Source: Hamiltosporidium tvaerminnensis FI-OER-3-3 (lineage: Eukaryota > Fungi > Microsporidia). From it: a stretch of DNA of 64,000 nucleotides. The position numbers and the translations under genes are program-made. Every line of letters starts with the position of its first letter. The first letter of the stretch is position 1. Positions 61,614 through 64,000 of this stretch are shown piece by piece. The notes under the pieces were generated by a model. That model ran no database searches. It was not told the DNA's origin and saw nothing but the letters and a program-made list of their open reading frames with translations. The DNA lies in NCBI GenBank assembly GCA_022605425.2, contig JAKIMF020000011.1, positions 930,001 through 994,000 of the forward strand, given 5' to 3'.

Positions 61614-62246
61614 ATGAAAAAATACAATTTCTGTTTTTTAATACAAAGTTTGATATTACTTATAACGCTCAGCTATATACAATGTTCCAATTCATTCCTG
61701 CGAAATCCTAACAATATTGCAGATATGTTCATGGTAAAAGAAAAACAAAGAAAATATGGTCCAGGTTTGATGGAACCAGTAGAAGTCAATCCAAACCCTA
61801 TAATATATCCACAGAAATACCGTAGAAACGGAAAATTTAATATTAATGACTACATACCAGCAATGAAAGTACAAATAATCATACAGAATTTAAGTCGACC
61901 AGAAGTATTTGAAGGAAACAGTAAGGAGGAAAATGGTAAAGAAGAACCAAAAGAAGAAGATATTAAGCCGGAAGAAAAGGAAGAAATAAAAGATGAAATT
62001 AAATATGAAAATATAGACGAAGATAAAGTTGAAAATAAAGATGAAGATGAAGAAGATGAAGACAGGTCTGAAGAAAACGATAATAAAAAAGAAGAAGACA
62101 AGGAAGAGAACAAAGAGATTCTCAATAGCGATGAAAAGACCCTTAATCCTGCTACAGAAGATAACCAGATAAAAGGTATGAACACCAAAAACCAAGATGA
62201 ACTTCCCGCAGCTGATCAAAGCAAGGAAGTAGTTACTTCAAAGTAA
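61614..62246 (+). CDS. Secreted protein with an acidic E/D/K-rich tail (210 aa)
   Basis: Signal peptide-like MKKYNFCFLIQSLILLITLSYIQC; TATATAAA about 27 nt upstream. Confidence 0.8.
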   Translation: MKKYNFCFLIQSLILLITLSYIQCSNSFLRNPNNIADMFMVKEKQRKYGPGLMEPVEVNPNPIIYPQKYRRNGKFNINDYIPAMKVQIIIQNLSRPEVFEGNSKEENGKEEPKEEDIKPEEKEEIKDEIKYENIDEDKVENKDEDEEDEDRSEENDNKKEEDKEENKEILNSDEKTLNPATEDNQIKGMNTKNQDELPAADQSKEVVTSK

Positions 62247-64000
62247 AGTGTGAAAAAATGAAACCTGGTATACGAATACTGATTAGAAATCAAAAAAATA
62301 AAGATATTACAAATGTATGAATTGTTCTATTTTAAATTAATTTGCTGGAAAGCCACGGATTTAAATTTTTTTTCTTGTTTTGTAAATTATTTTATTTCAA
62401 TATTTTTTTACAAACTACATAGATTAAACTATGTTAAAAAAAAATAAATAAAATTATTGATTTTAATTGATATAAATACCTAATAAAGTCAATTCGTCTT
62501 TTTTGACGTATTTTCAGGTCTACTTTAGCAAATTATATTCTTCCATATACAGATGCTATTTTAAAATTATATATTTGATCTTCGTCTGTGTTGTATCTTA
62601 AATTTATATTTCAGCAATAGAATCTTTGTTTGCAAATAGCCTTTTTTTACAGAAAAAGTTATTCAAAGAAAGTAAAAATTAAATGCATCTCTCTGTTTTC
62701 TCTATACTCTCACAGAGGCTCCATATGTCTCATTAGAATAAAATATTAGCTACTGTTTTTTTTGGCGAGTGAAATAAAAAGAACGTGCTCTTTATTCAAA
62801 CTATTATTAATCAATCTTTGGCTTAATTCTTAGTAATATTTGAACCTTAATAATATACATTTTTGCATTTGTAAAGTATACTTTCCATGTTATTCTACCA
62901 GAGATATTACTATAGTACCTTAACATGTAATTAAAATTGGCTTGATTGTTTTTTCTATTAATAGAAAAAATTTATCAAATGCTAATTTTCGTATAAATTA
63001 GAAAAAATATTAAATGGCTTTTTGTGATTTGCAGCTTCCTGTGTATTATTTATTCTTTCATTTATAAAAAAATATCTGAAATTATACTATTTATCAGGTA
63101 AAAAATTTTATATCCCAGAATATTTCTCAATATTGATGCCTTCTTAAGACAATTCGTTTTCCTTAATGATTATTTTCACTTAGAAATACTTCCGGATATT
63201 TATTATAATAAACAAATACAGCACAAAGAAAGATATTTTTTACACAAATTTAATATGTATCATTTAGAGTAAATCAGCATAATTTCTGTAACGTTTCAAT
63301 CGATTTGGCGATTTTCGACGCAATTATTTTGACTTTAATAATTATTTTTAAAGTTCTTGTATCTCAAGACTTCAAAAAAGACACAAAAGAAGCCGTAATG
63401 CATAAAGAAGTCAAAATTCACAATATATTCTTATTATTTGAGTATTCAAAGTACATTCATCAATGAGTTTCTTAAATTTATTATAAACGGTGTACAATCA
63501 TTTTTTGTCGTAAACAGTCTTAAAGAAAAGACTTTACAATTCGTAAAAAATCATATTAGTTATAGATTAATAACGTTTTTATTTGAGCTTTGTTTACACC
63601 ACACTCGAGTTTTACAGGATAACAAAGGAACCCATATGAATTGCATTTATATAAGTTAAAAACAAGATAATACTTAAAATAGACAAGCTTAGTCACACTA
63701 AATTATAAGCAATAAATTTTTTACATGCAATTTACTGACCCGAGACATCATAGTTTACTAACTTGGAAGTTCTTCAGCCTGAACCGACTAATTTAATTGA
63801 GTTTCATACAGCAGTTGCTAGTGTGGTTAAAATAATGAGGTATATTTCAGCACGAAATGCAAGTAGGGTTTTTACTTGATTAGAGATACTCGCATGAGGC
63901 TTTAAATGGTTTTGAGTCAGGAAACGAACATATGCCTTTGCCCATTTATGATTGTTCTAAAATAAAATAATAAATATCAAGCTGCAAATCAGAATTTTTG

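Noticed and set aside
61850-62219. Hydrophobic antisense ORFs opposite acidic or low-complexity genes (also 18783-21289 and 40262-40993)
   Set aside because: Compositional mirrors of the real coding strand.

Overview
Very AT-rich, gene-sparse eukaryotic DNA with no introns evident. It is most consistent with a large-genome microsporidian (Hamiltosporidium-like); this is an inference from CCC motifs just before start codons, compact divergent housekeeping genes and LRR-family pseudogenes. Recognisable genes are an RRP45-like exosome subunit, HIRA/HIR1, a minimal tRNA-splicing endonuclease subunit, a CenH3/CENP-A-like histone, a Ser/Thr kinase, a SANT-like protein, and several secreted or membrane proteins. 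The window has two main highlights. (1) A retroposon system: an R4/Dong-like RT-CCHC-RLE non-LTR element (4 young copies plus relics) with 13-bp target-site duplications (TSDs), and two non-coding SINE-like families (about 730 bp, 6 copies; about 220 bp, 2 copies). The two non-coding families share an approximately 100-nt head, have no recognisable tRNA/5S/7SL origin, and carry the same 13-bp TSD signature. (2) A three-member family of 56-66 aa secreted micropeptide genes spaced about 4.9 kb apart, with a conserved promoter containing a TATCnGATAA inverted-GATA motif. All alignments were done by eye; no database searches were run.
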